This document shows positions 46,800-57,900 of a DNA stretch of 64,000 nucleotides, piece after piece. The stretch lies in the IMG/VR virus record IMGVR_UViG_3300031539_000002. One strand, written 5' to 3'. Numbering within the stretch: the stretch's first letter is position 1; each line of letters begins with the position of its first letter. The notes beneath the pieces are model-generated. The model saw nothing but the letters and a program-made list of their open reading frames with translations. It ran no database searches and had not been told where the DNA came from. This stretch comes from a virus. The position numbers and the translations under genes were made by a program.

Positions 46800-48923
46800 G
46801 TGCCCCAGCCTGCGCCACAGAACTTCACGAAAATCGCTAACCGCGTCGTCCAGAGATGGATGCGGCGAAGTGTGCGTGTGGCCAAAGCGACGGGGACCAA
46901 GACCGGCCAAGGCGAATCGGTCGGGCTGTTCATCCCGCTCCCGAAGGACCTGGCCAAGCAGTTCCCAGACTTGGGGAAGAACGACTCTTCCCCCTCTCAT
47001 GTCACCTTCCTCTACATCGGGGATTTCAAGGACAAGGAGCAGCAAGAAAAACTCGTCGAGGTCCTCCGCGAGACGATGCGGAAGTGGTGGCCCGGAGCCA
47101 AGGCCACCCTCAATGGCCTTGAGTACTTCGACCACCACGACAAGGACCGTCGTGTCCCCCACGTCGCCGTCGATTTCGACAAGGACCTGAGCGGGTTCAA
47201 ACACCGCGTCAAGCAGGAACTCAGCGACGAAGGCATCGAGGTCGGTGACAAGTTCCCTGAGTTCAAGCCTCACGTCACCCTCTCGTACATGCCCGGCATG
47301 GACTCGGAGTGGGAAGGGGAGGTGCCCGAAGGGTCCTGGAACTTCGATGAGATGGAGGTCTGGGGGCTCCCCGAGCTCCACACCATCAAACTCGGACCCT
47401 CGGAGAAGAAGGTCGCCGCATCCTGGCTCCGAGGCAAGGTGGCCGGCTGGTGGGCCATCTCCCCCGGCAACCCAGGGATCAACCCGCCTCCCGTGGACAA
47501 GGGCGGCCTACTGAATGCACTCCCTGGCACAGACCCCGATAGCGCCCGCTACAACGGAGACGGGCCGGCTGACATCATGGGCAATGCGCTCGCTGCCGTG
47601 AACCAGGAGTATATTGACGCGTGGAAGCGTCCTGCGACTCCCGAGGAGATGCAGGCAGTCTTCGACTTCGTCTACGGAGGATTCGAGCGAGCACCCGAGC
47701 ACTACCTCCCCAAAGGCGATTCTGTCAGCCTCCGGGTAGCGGCTCGTTACATGCAGTCTTCCGTCCATCGCAAAAACATCTCCCTCATGAAGTGGCTCTC
47801 GCAACTGACCCGTCGATTGGGGGTTGGCCGGGACACGTACGTCGTGGGTGGTGCTGTGCGGAACTTTTTGATCGATCAGCCGATCAAGGACATCGACATT
47901 GTCATCGATACCACGAAGGCTGGCCGTGACTCTGACTGGCTCGCCAAGCAGATCGCTCGCAACATCCCAGCTCCCACGAACGTCACCACGAATCAATATG
48001 GCGTCGCCATCCTGACCGTGAAGGGGACGTGGATGATCGGAGGGGACGACCTCAACGGCGAAGTCCTTGAGATCGCCAACGCTCGCAAGGAAAGCTATGG
48101 GGGCCAGGGCGGCAAGGGCTACAAGCCTCACGCAGTCGCCCCTGCCACAATCGATGAGGACGTGCTTCGACGCGAGTTCACGTTCAACACGCTGCTATGG
48201 CGCATGATGGACTTGGCCCATGGTCCTGACAAAGCCGAGATCATCGACCTCACTGGCTGCGGTCGTCGTGACCTCGATCAGCGTGTGGTTCGTTGTCCGC
48301 AAGACCCCGACAAGGTGTTTTCGGATGACCCGACTCGGATGCTCCGGGCCATCAAGTTCACCGGCAAGTACGGCTTCAAGATTCCTCCCGATGTGGTGCG
48401 CTCCATCAAGCGCAACGTCTCCAAGCTCAAGCGCATGCCGTGGGAGGCTGTGGCGTCGATTCTCGTGAACGACGTGATGAGTCAGCCGACTGCTCGCAAG
48501 TCTCTCAAGCAGATGAAGGACCTTGGGTTGCTCGACACTGTGTCGGAGATGATCCAGGAGCAGAAGCCGTTCGCCACGTACATGAGCAACCAGCTCCGTC
48601 GCAACCGCAAGGTCCAGTTCTTGCTCGACCTCCTCGAGCTGGGCGTCCCCGCATCGACGCCGATCTCGTTTCTCGACCGCGCAGGCCAGCAGCGGTTGCG
48701 AGACCTGACTGTTTCGATGCCTGAGAAGGAGGCCGTCGCCTTCGTCGAGAATCTCATCAAGCCTCCTGTGGACAACAAGCGCATCATCGACGTGCTCAAG
48801 TTGGAGGGCCCCGATCGCCGTCACATCACCCCGACTGCTCGGCATCTGATCCTGCAAAATCCCGAGCTCGCGTCCAAGGGACAGCATCTCACTGACGCTG
48901 TCATCAAGGGATTGAGGAAGTGA
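46800..48923 (+). CDS. Fusion of a 2H phosphoesterase, a small unknown domain and a class II CCA-type tRNA nucleotidyltransferase
   Basis: HVTF (46998) and HVTL (47271) HxT pair; VVGGAVRN...KDIDI, EDVLRREFTFN, DDPTRMLRAIKF. Confidence 0.85.
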   Translation: MPQPAPQNFTKIANRVVQRWMRRSVRVAKATGTKTGQGESVGLFIPLPKDLAKQFPDLGKNDSSPSHVTFLYIGDFKDKEQQEKLVEVLRETMRKWWPGAKATLNGLEYFDHHDKDRRVPHVAVDFDKDLSGFKHRVKQELSDEGIEVGDKFPEFKPHVTLSYMPGMDSEWEGEVPEGSWNFDEMEVWGLPELHTIKLGPSEKKVAASWLRGKVAGWWAISPGNPGINPPPVDKGGLLNALPGTDPDSARYNGDGPADIMGNALAAVNQEYIDAWKRPATPEEMQAVFDFVYGGFERAPEHYLPKGDSVSLRVAARYMQSSVHRKNISLMKWLSQLTRRLGVGRDTYVVGGAVRNFLIDQPIKDIDIVIDTTKAGRDSDWLAKQIARNIPAPTNVTTNQYGVAILTVKGTWMIGGDDLNGEVLEIANARKESYGGQGGKGYKPHAVAPATIDEDVLRREFTFNTLLWRMMDLAHGPDKAEIIDLTGCGRRDLDQRVVRCPQDPDKVFSDDPTRMLRAIKFTGKYGFKIPPDVVRSIKRNVSKLKRMPWEAVASILVNDVMSQPTARKSLKQMKDLGLLDTVSEMIQEQKPFATYMSNQLRRNRKVQFLLDLLELGVPASTPISFLDRAGQQRLRDLTVSMPEKEAVAFVENLIKPPVDNKRIIDVLKLEGPDRRHITPTARHLILQNPELASKGQHLTDAVIKGLRK

Positions 48924-51900
48924 ACGCTCTCGTCGCACGCGTGGCTGCACGCCACATGGCTGCTCAGGATGATTTCTCCGTGGGCGACGAGGTGCTGTTT
49001 GGCAAGTACAAGAACAAGCGCGGCAAGATCGTGCGTCTGTTTGAGGATGAACGCGGCATCCCATCCGTCGAGATTGAGCCCATCCCCAAGGGTCGCAAAC
49101 AGAACCGTGTGATCGGCCTCTACAAGATCTGGAAGGGCGACCATCGCAAGCAGGCCGCGTACTCCAAGGAGTTTTTGGAGTTCGTTCAGGGACGCCGTTT
49201 CCAAAACCCCGACACCGGCAACCAAGTCTTGTTCCAGAGCCTTGAGGTTCCTGAGCAGGTCAAGATTTACCAGCAGTGGGGTGCCGCACAGAACGCCCAA
49301 GAAGAGAAGCCTGAGGGCCGAGAGCGCCACGAGCCCGGAAGGCTCCCGCCTGCGTGGAACCGTGACTCGGACATGGCACGTAAGGTAGAGAAACTCGCGG
49401 AAGAGTACGCGACGGAGTACGAGGATTTCTTTGACGGAATGCGACAAGTGTCCGTGGAGGACGAGCGCTATCGAGGGGCCGAATTCGCGGGCGAGGCGGT
49501 TATGCTCCGCGAGTGGGACCGTCACATCCCTGGGTACGTGCGGTTGCCCCCCTCTTCCACTTTGGAGGCTATGAGCGACGAAGATCGGCGCATCGCGCTG
49601 ACTTCATGGGACGCCGGTGTCAAGTTCATGGACGAGGTGCTTGGGGATGGTGAACGTCTTTCCCTTTTAGAGACCATGAAGCCTTCGGGAGAAGGAGGGT
49701 CGCTGGGGTCCCCCGGAGAAGGCTGGATCGACTCGACCCACAGCCCTGGAGCCCAACGTCTGCAAGGAGCTCTCCGAGAGTTGGGTATCGAGACACACCT
49801 GCCGTCTCGAGGCATCGAAGACCATGCAAAATGGCGTGACGAAGGGGCATCGAACGACCTACTCAAGAGTGCGTTGACGAAGGCGATGGCATGGCAACGC
49901 GCCTACTTCGCTGCGATGGGTGTTGAGGATGTGATGCTTTTCCGGGGAGCCAGTCTCGGTGACGAGGTGGCACGTCAACAGGAGCCCCACCCAACCGACA
50001 AACAGCAGAAATATCTTCCTCAAGGGATTCCGGTCACGTTGCAGAGTCGCCAGGAACTCTCGAGTTTCACGATGGACCCTTACGTTGCCTACAACTTCAC
50101 TCATCGAAATCGGAGTCCGGGAGAGAGTGACGAGAGCTACGAGAGTCGGGCGGGGAATTCCCTTCGCGGAGCAGTGGCGTACCGGGTTCCTGTTGACCGG
50201 ATTGTTTTGTCCCCAGCCGCAATCCCACAGCTCGGGCCTGCAACTCCGAAAATCAAGGAGGGCTACCGAGAGGTCGAGTTCATTGTGGGGGGCATTGGGG
50301 AACTTGAAGGGCGCACGCTGCCTTCACTGGATGCGGGATACGGAGCGGGCCGGTACGACCCCGAGAAGATGAAGCTCGCGACCAAGATCACCATCGAGAT
50401 GTCCGACGAAGACGAGGATGCGTGGCATAAGAGCGTGCGACGCGAGAACAAGGGCGACCGCCGCAAACAGGCCGCGTACTCCAAGGAGTTTTTGGACTCT
50501 GTGCAGGGGCAGCGGTTCCGCAACCCCGACACAGGCAACAAGGTCGTTTTCAAGTCGCTCTCCGAAGCAGAGCAACGGAAGATCCACGAGCGATGGGAGG
50601 CCCGTCATCGTAGCCAAGACGCGTCGGGGCCCACGGTGACAGAGCGCGGCCGTACCTTCGAGACAGGCAAGCCCGTTGCGTTTGAGTTCCTCCGCAACAC
50701 TGAGAAGGCTCCCAAGGCCCCTTCGGATTCGGACCCGTACCAGCAGAAGATCGAGCCCGCAGGGTTCTATGTGACCCACAAGGACACGGACGGGGACCCA
50801 CTCCCGGGCTACGACACGGGCACCATCAGTTTTCAGAACCCGCTCGTGCTCGCGGTCAACACCAACCCTGATGGCCCGATCTACGACGAGAACTCTTGGA
50901 AGGCGCAACTCGAGCGTCAGTACGGCAAGCGTGGAAAGGCCCTCACCAAGGCCCTCCAAGCTGACGGATACGACGGCATCGTGACCGTCACCCAAGTTCG
51001 TGGAAAGCCCTACACGTCCGAGATTGTTGTGCTCGACTCCGAAAAGTCTGTGCAGAAGGGCGACGACCGTAAGCGCAGGGCACAAGAGATCGCGGGCATG
51101 GGGTACGAGGCGGCGGCGCAGCTCGACAACGATGAACTTGATAGTGTGGCGTTTGGCGTGAAGCAGGGGGTCCAAGACCTTCGCATCGACCAGCTCAAGG
51201 TCAAGTACGACGCGGATCTTGAGCAGGCTGAGCATGCGGTGTCTCGAGAGCCCGACCGCTGGAAGGAACACCTTGATGAGCCTATTGAGGTCCGTTTCAA
51301 GGATGGGGAGTTCCACATCGAGGACGGCCACCATCGGTACGTGACGGCCCAGCGCATGGGCCGCGACAGCGTGAAGGTGGACCTGACTATCGATGACAAC
51401 CCTGTGAAGAAGATCTTTGAAATGGCCGGCAAGAAAATGGCTTCCTTCCATCGTGAAGCGTGCATCATCGCCGGCCGTCGGTTCGGAGACAGTCTGTGTC
51501 TCATCAAGAACCGCGACCGTGCCTACGACGCAGAGCTCGAGATCGTGCACCTGGAGAAGGACGGCACCGAGATGGCTGTCATCCTCGATACCGTGACCGG
51601 GTACATGGAGGGCGTCAACGAGCACGGGATCGCGGTCGTCAACACAACTCTGATGGTTGTGCGCGACGAAGCCGAGGGCAAGAAGAAGTCCCCCAACGGA
51701 GACAAGGGCAAGAAGCCCCTCACGTCCAAGGACGGCCCCAAGATCTACCGCGCCCTGGCGTGTGACAACATTGAGGATGCCCTTGAGTCCTTGCGCACGG
51801 ACGACAACGGTATTCGGGGCCATACCTTCGTGGCCGACGGCAACAAGTTGTTCTCCATTGAGTGCAGCAAGACGCACCCAGCTCGCGTAACGGAACTCGA

Positions 51901-54900
51901 CCCAGACCGCGTCAACACTCGAACGAACCACGGCGTCTCGTACCCCGATGCCGGGTACACGCACGGCGAGGACTACGTTAGTTCCGTCGTGCGTCGGTGG
52001 GAGGCACAGAAACGTCTGCAGGACATCAAGCGTCCTGAGGCGGCAGCCGTGGCCCTCATTGAGGCGATCGATGAGGCTGACAGCCCGTTCAATCCGGTCC
52101 GCACCACGGACAAGATGCGAACGACGAGCCAGCTTACCATCGACACGACCAACCCGAGGTTGCTGCTCTATCTGATCCCTGGCCACGCCAAGGTCGTCAA
52201 GCGTCGCAACACGCTGCCGGATGGGCGCAAGCCCAAGATCCCTGTCCGTGTCTTCAAATACCGCAACAAGATGGAAGACCGGAAGAAGCCGGTCAACAAA
52301 GACGCCGCCTTGATCGAACGCGTCGCAGCCCGATCATTGGACAAGCTCCCCGGTGGGTTGGCCGATGAGAAGAAGCCTGAGGATTTCGATCCCGAACAGA
52401 TCGCCAAGGGCACTAAGGTCGAGCTTGAGCATACGGATGACCGTGCAGTGGCCCGTGAAGTGGCGATGGATCATCTCACTGAGGACCCGAAGTACTACGA
52501 CAAGCTTGAGACCATCGAGAAGCACGGCGCCCGCTACAAGTCCAAGAAGAAGGTCAAGACCAAGGACGGCGACGAGATGACGGTCTACGAGTACAGCGAC
52601 CGTCAAATCGCTGATCGGAACCGGGGCAAAGCAGAACGCATCGAGAAACTGCGCAAGCAGATGAAGAAGCTCCAGACCAAGGTCCGCAAGGACGTGAACT
52701 CCAAGGACGAGAAGACTCGTGACCTCGCGCTGGCAGTCGGCTTGATGGACGAGACCTTTGAGCGTGTTGGCAACGACGGGAGCGCCAAGGAAGGCCACTT
52801 CGGCGTCACCACCTGGCGGGTGAAGCACATGACCTTCGGTAAGGGCGGCGTCACGATCACGTACGTCGGCAAGTCGGGGGTTGACCAGAAGAAGAAGGTC
52901 ACGAACCCGCGCATCGTTTCGGGTCTCAAGGACGCCTGCAAAGACAAGGAGCCCAACGCTTGCGTCCTGAGCGTCACGGCTTCCGAAGTCAACGAATACC
53001 TCAAGCCGCTCGACATCACCGCCAAGGACATCCGAGGGTTCCACGCGAACCAGAAGATGAAAGAGGAACTCCGAAAGGTCCGCAAGGGGAAGCTCCCCGA
53101 AGACCCCAAGGAGAAAGAGAAGAAGCTCAAGGACGAGTTCAAGAGTGCCCTCGAGGCCACTGCTGACGCGGTAGGCCACGAGGCATCAACCTTGCGCAGC
53201 CAATACCTCGTCCCAGGCCTGGAGGATGACTACATGAGAGACGGGACCGTCAATGAGAGTCACACCAAAAAGGGCTCTACCCTCCACACCGCGGCGTTGG
53301 ACGGAACCCCAACAGAGCGCCACATCCTTGCCCATGCCCAACTCGCTCCGGTCCTGGTAACCGCCAACCGACGTTGGTGGATTCAAAAAGCTCCGAACCT
53401 GTACCGAATCGCGCGTGAAGACGAGAGGCCGCGCCCCCATATCGAGGGTGTTCGTTTCCCGCCAGAGGTCTTCACAGTGCTCTGGTACGAGGACGACGAC
53501 GGCAATCGCTATGAGATGCCCGAGGATGGTCCCGAGCATCCCGAAGGCGCCAAGTACCAACTCAGCCAGTTCCCGAACTACCTGCACGACAGCATGTTGC
53601 AGCTCAACGAGGATGGCACCTCTACGGAGATCATGAGCGGTCAGCGAGGGTTCCCTGAGGACCTTGTGACCTCCATGGTGCGCAGCGGCGAGTGGGACGT
53701 GGGCGACGCCATCATGGTCGGCGGCACGAGCTGCGAGCGCTGCATGAACGTCTTGTGCAATCGCTACTTGGGCCCGGAGGAAGGCTACCCCTACGACTCG
53801 GAAGAGTATTGGCAGTGCGGGACCCGATGCGCCATGTGTGGGCACGTCGACAACACCAACGAGCGGGTGGTCCGACAGCCCCGCTATGCGTCTCCGAGCT
53901 ACGACAGTTACGTCCAGCGCAAGCGCAGAGAAGGCGGCCCTGTGCTGTCCCGTGATGAATGGGAAGCCAAGGTCATGGGCGTCGAAGATGACGCTGACGA
54001 GACCCCTGAGGCTACCCGTGAAGACTGGGAGGCCCGTCGCAATGCTCTCATGGAGGAGCACGGCCTCGACAAGTTCCATTCGTCGTACCGTCCTGACGAG
54101 AAGCACATGACGATTGACCTCATCTCCGTTCCCAAGGAGAACAAGGGTCAAGGCAGTGCTTCAAAGGCCATGAAAGAGACGCTGGCGTGGGCTGACTCCA
54201 ACGGCGTCACGGTCACGTTGTCGCCAACTTCTGAGTTCGGTGCCTCCAAGAAGCGCCTTGAGAAGTGGTATCGCAGCATGGGCTTCGTGCCGAACAAGGG
54301 GCGCAACAAAGACTTCCGGTTCACAGACGCGATGCTCCGCGAGCCGCAGGCCAAAACGGCCACGAAATCCGATGCGGAGAACGAAGATGAGGCGGTGGCG
54401 AAGATGCTCCGCAAGGAGCCCAAACTCAAGCCTCCGCGCTACGACCTTCGTGACAACCGTACTCTCGACGACGACGACCCTGAGGACGATCTTGGCGGTG
54501 GCGATGACGGCGACCGCGACATGTCCATGAAGTGGAACAAGGTGGCGAGCCGCGTGGCTTTCCGTTGGACAGCGATTGGGCCTCGAGTCCCACGACCTGA
54601 ACGCGTTGCTCGACTGTTCTTGGCGGAGGCGCCCCCAAAGGACAAAGCCCAGCCCAAGAGCGGTCCGAGCTTCGAGGAGTGGGTCAAGAACCAGAAATTC
54701 AAGCACCCTGAGACCAGCAACGATGTTGGGTTCTCATCGCTCCCCTCTGACGAGCAGGCCAAGATCCGCGAGAAGTGGAAGGGTCAGCAACAGCCTGAGG
54801 ATGAGAGCGGCAAGGACAAGGGGAAGGGTGATGAGGATGCGAAGCGCACCAAAGAAGACGTGCAGGTCGACCTCAATAACGCGCGCGACGAGATGCGGGA

Positions 54901-57900
54901 CCTAGAGTCCCAGATGGGCGACATCGAGAACGAGATCAAAGACCTCGAGGCCAAACTTAAAGGGTTCAAGCAGTACGAAAATCTCTCAGGCGATGCCAAG
55001 AAGCAGATAGACGAGCATGTTCGGGACACCCAACGTGCCATTGGCCGCAAGAAGGATGAACTTGAGGACAAGAAGGAAGAGTTCGACGAAGCGAAGGAGA
55101 AGGTCAAAGAGCTCAGGGCTGAGCGAAAGGACCCCGGCTTCGCTCAAGCCAAGCGCAAGGAGCAGGCTCGCAAGCAGCGAGCCGAACGGGTGAGCCGTGC
55201 TGTCCTCAAGGCGCAAGGAGACATGCAGAAACTCCTCGGTAACGAGGATACCCAGATCCCAGGGGTCCTTGCCAAGCAGATTGCCAAGGCACTCAACAAC
55301 CTCGATGAGTCTGAGGTGGAGTCCTTTTCGATTGATTTTCAGGACACGCTCCAAAAGTTGATGGGGATGGACTCGAGTTCGGATGAGGCACTTGAGTTGG
55401 CGTCTCAAGCCGCCAAGTTTGGTGACCTCCATGGCCTTACTGATCCGGGGGAGTTGGCCGTGCGAATGGCTCAGCTCAGCTATGCGCAGAACGTCGTCGC
55501 CAATCCGATGAACATCGGGGGAAAGCCGGTCGGCGTCACGGAGATGGACAGTGACAAGTACGCCGAACGTGCTCGCGCATCCTACGACCAGTTTCAGAAC
55601 CTGCCGTCCTCTTTGCGTACGCAGGCTGCGAGGCAAGTGACGGAGGCGCTCGAGGGTCTGGACCCTGAGACGCACCGCTCACAGGAACTCAATGCCATTT
55701 TGACGGGCATGAACCTTGCTCAGGTGGCGGCGACGGGGGACTCCCTCCCAGGGCGCCCTCAACCGAGCAAAGGGATGGCGTCAGTCATCCAAGCGATGGC
55801 TGAAAAGGGCGATGTTGATGCCCTCTTCACTACTTCGGAGGACTACTTTGCAGAGCAAGCTCGCGGGAAGATGGAGAAGAGTCTTGATGACATGACGCCA
55901 CTTGAGGTGGCTCAGTTGGCCACACAAGGGGATTCCAATCACGGCTACGCGGGGATGGTCAAATTGATTGAGGAGGAGTCTACGCCTGATGTCATGAGAG
56001 CCATGATGAAAGACTATCTTATCCAAGACATCCTCAACGATCAGTGGGGCGACCGAGCCATCCGCGACACGATGCAGGCTGCGGGTCTTGTGGATGCTGA
56101 TGACCCCGAGGTACGCGCAGGAGTGGTGGGTGAAGCTAACGAGCGCATGAAGCCTCGGATGGAGCAGATGCTTGAGGCGCGGGAGCGTATTGCTCAAGCC
56201 GAGAAAGAAGGCAAAAAACCGGATCCCGAAGACGAGGCCATTGTTGCAGGCGTCTTGGACAAGGAAAAGGGTACCGGTCTACGTGAGAAGGCGAAGGCTG
56301 TTCTCGATACGATCAAGGACAAGTTCAAGAAGGTCGTCATCTCCCCGGCGAGCGCGGTGCTCCAGCACTTCGTCAACACGGGTGACCGAAAAGTGCTCGA
56401 GCAAGAGACGCTGCCACATCCTGATGAGAAGGCCAAAGCACCTCGTCCCAAGGAAGAGCGTGATGAGGCTCGTGGAGGCGAGAGCACGGCACCGAAGTCG
56501 AAGCGCGAGCGCATGATCGAACGTGTGCGTCTCAAGGCTGAGAGGGTCAAGCTCAAGGCACAGCGCGACAAGGTGAAGGGCGACGAGAAGGGCAAGTACG
56601 ACGAGAAGATCAAGGACCTCGATGGGAAGATCGAGGGCCTGTCGAAAGAGCCTGAGAGCGACGAGTCCGAGAGCGAGCAGCCCAAATCCCGCGAGGATTA
56701 CCGAGCGAAGTTCGATGGCTCGACGTGGGGTGACGACGACGCGGGCACCGAGTACCACGTCGGGGATCTCATCCATAAGGCTGAGTCCAAGGAGGTCGAA
56801 GAGGTTCCGATCGCGGACATCGAGGAGAGCCTCAAGAATATCTCGGCAGACGAGCCGGTGGGTTCGCCCGAGTTCAAAGAGCGAGCTGACAAGGCCGACC
56901 TCAAGTATCCCGTCGTTCTCATGCGACAGGAAGACGGCTCCCTCGAGATCGTGGATGGCTCCCATCGAGCTTGGAAGGCACGCGAGACGAAGCAGCCGTT
57001 GAAGGCTCGGATTCTGGAGCCCGCCGATCTTGAAGATCTTGAGCAGGTCTCCGACGCTGATCGTGAAAAGTGGGACGAAAACGTCGAGTCTCAGGACGAC
57101 GAGGAGCACGGCCCCGGCGACGTTTGGGAGACCGAGCAGGGCAACTGGCGCGCCAAGAACCCGGACGGCGTCCCCAAATCATTCAAGGACAAGGACAAGG
57201 CTGAGATCTACGCCAAGGGCCCAGACGAGAAGGAGTCCGAGGGGAGCGCTGAGAAGCCCAAGGGAGCGCCCGACGAGGCTGAGGGGAAAGGCCAAGCCGA
57301 GAAGGACGAAACGGCTGAGGGAGCGTCTGAGGGAGCGTCTGAGGGCGCCTCTGAGAAGCCCAAACAGCAGCGCCGGGCCGTCAAGGACGAGCACTTCGAC
57401 CGCACGCAGGATGCTGTGGACTCCGTAGGAGCACCCATCCAGGAGAGCTTTACGAAGCTGGCGGACGACCCTGCTTTCCTCAAGATGAGCCCGCAAGAGC
57501 GATACACGCGTCTCGGAGAGACGCTCAAGGAGGCCATTCCTGGTGCTCGAGCGATCCAAGTGCCTGGGGCCGGTTCTAACGCTCCCATCAGCATCACGGT
57601 GCCCGAGGAACACCGAGCTCCCGGCGTGACCTCCCGGCAGAAGATTCGCTTGCAGCCCAACAGCACGGGTGGCGAGGCGTCGGGTAAGGGCGGCCATCTG
57701 GGGCTCGGTGTGAAGGACCTGCTTGAGGCCAAGACGCCCGAGGAGATCAAGAATGCGACTGCGCGGGTCATGGGCACGATGGTGCATGAGATGACCCACA
57801 TTTACGGGCATCATGGGACCAACCCCGATGAGTTTGACGATGAGGACAAGAAGGTGCGCCACATCCGATACATCTCGGACCCGGGGGAGATGCGGGCCCA

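Noticed and set aside
47760-48923. Poly(A) polymerase call for the nucleotidyltransferase
   Set aside because: The bacterial PAP signature ([LIV][LIV]G[RK][RK]F) is not evident, and the motifs fit the CCA-adding branch better.
51060-57020. ParABS partition system from the two ParB-like motifs
   Set aside because: Only ParB/Srx-type N-terminal motifs occur, inside a polyprotein. No ParA, HTH or parS sites were seen.
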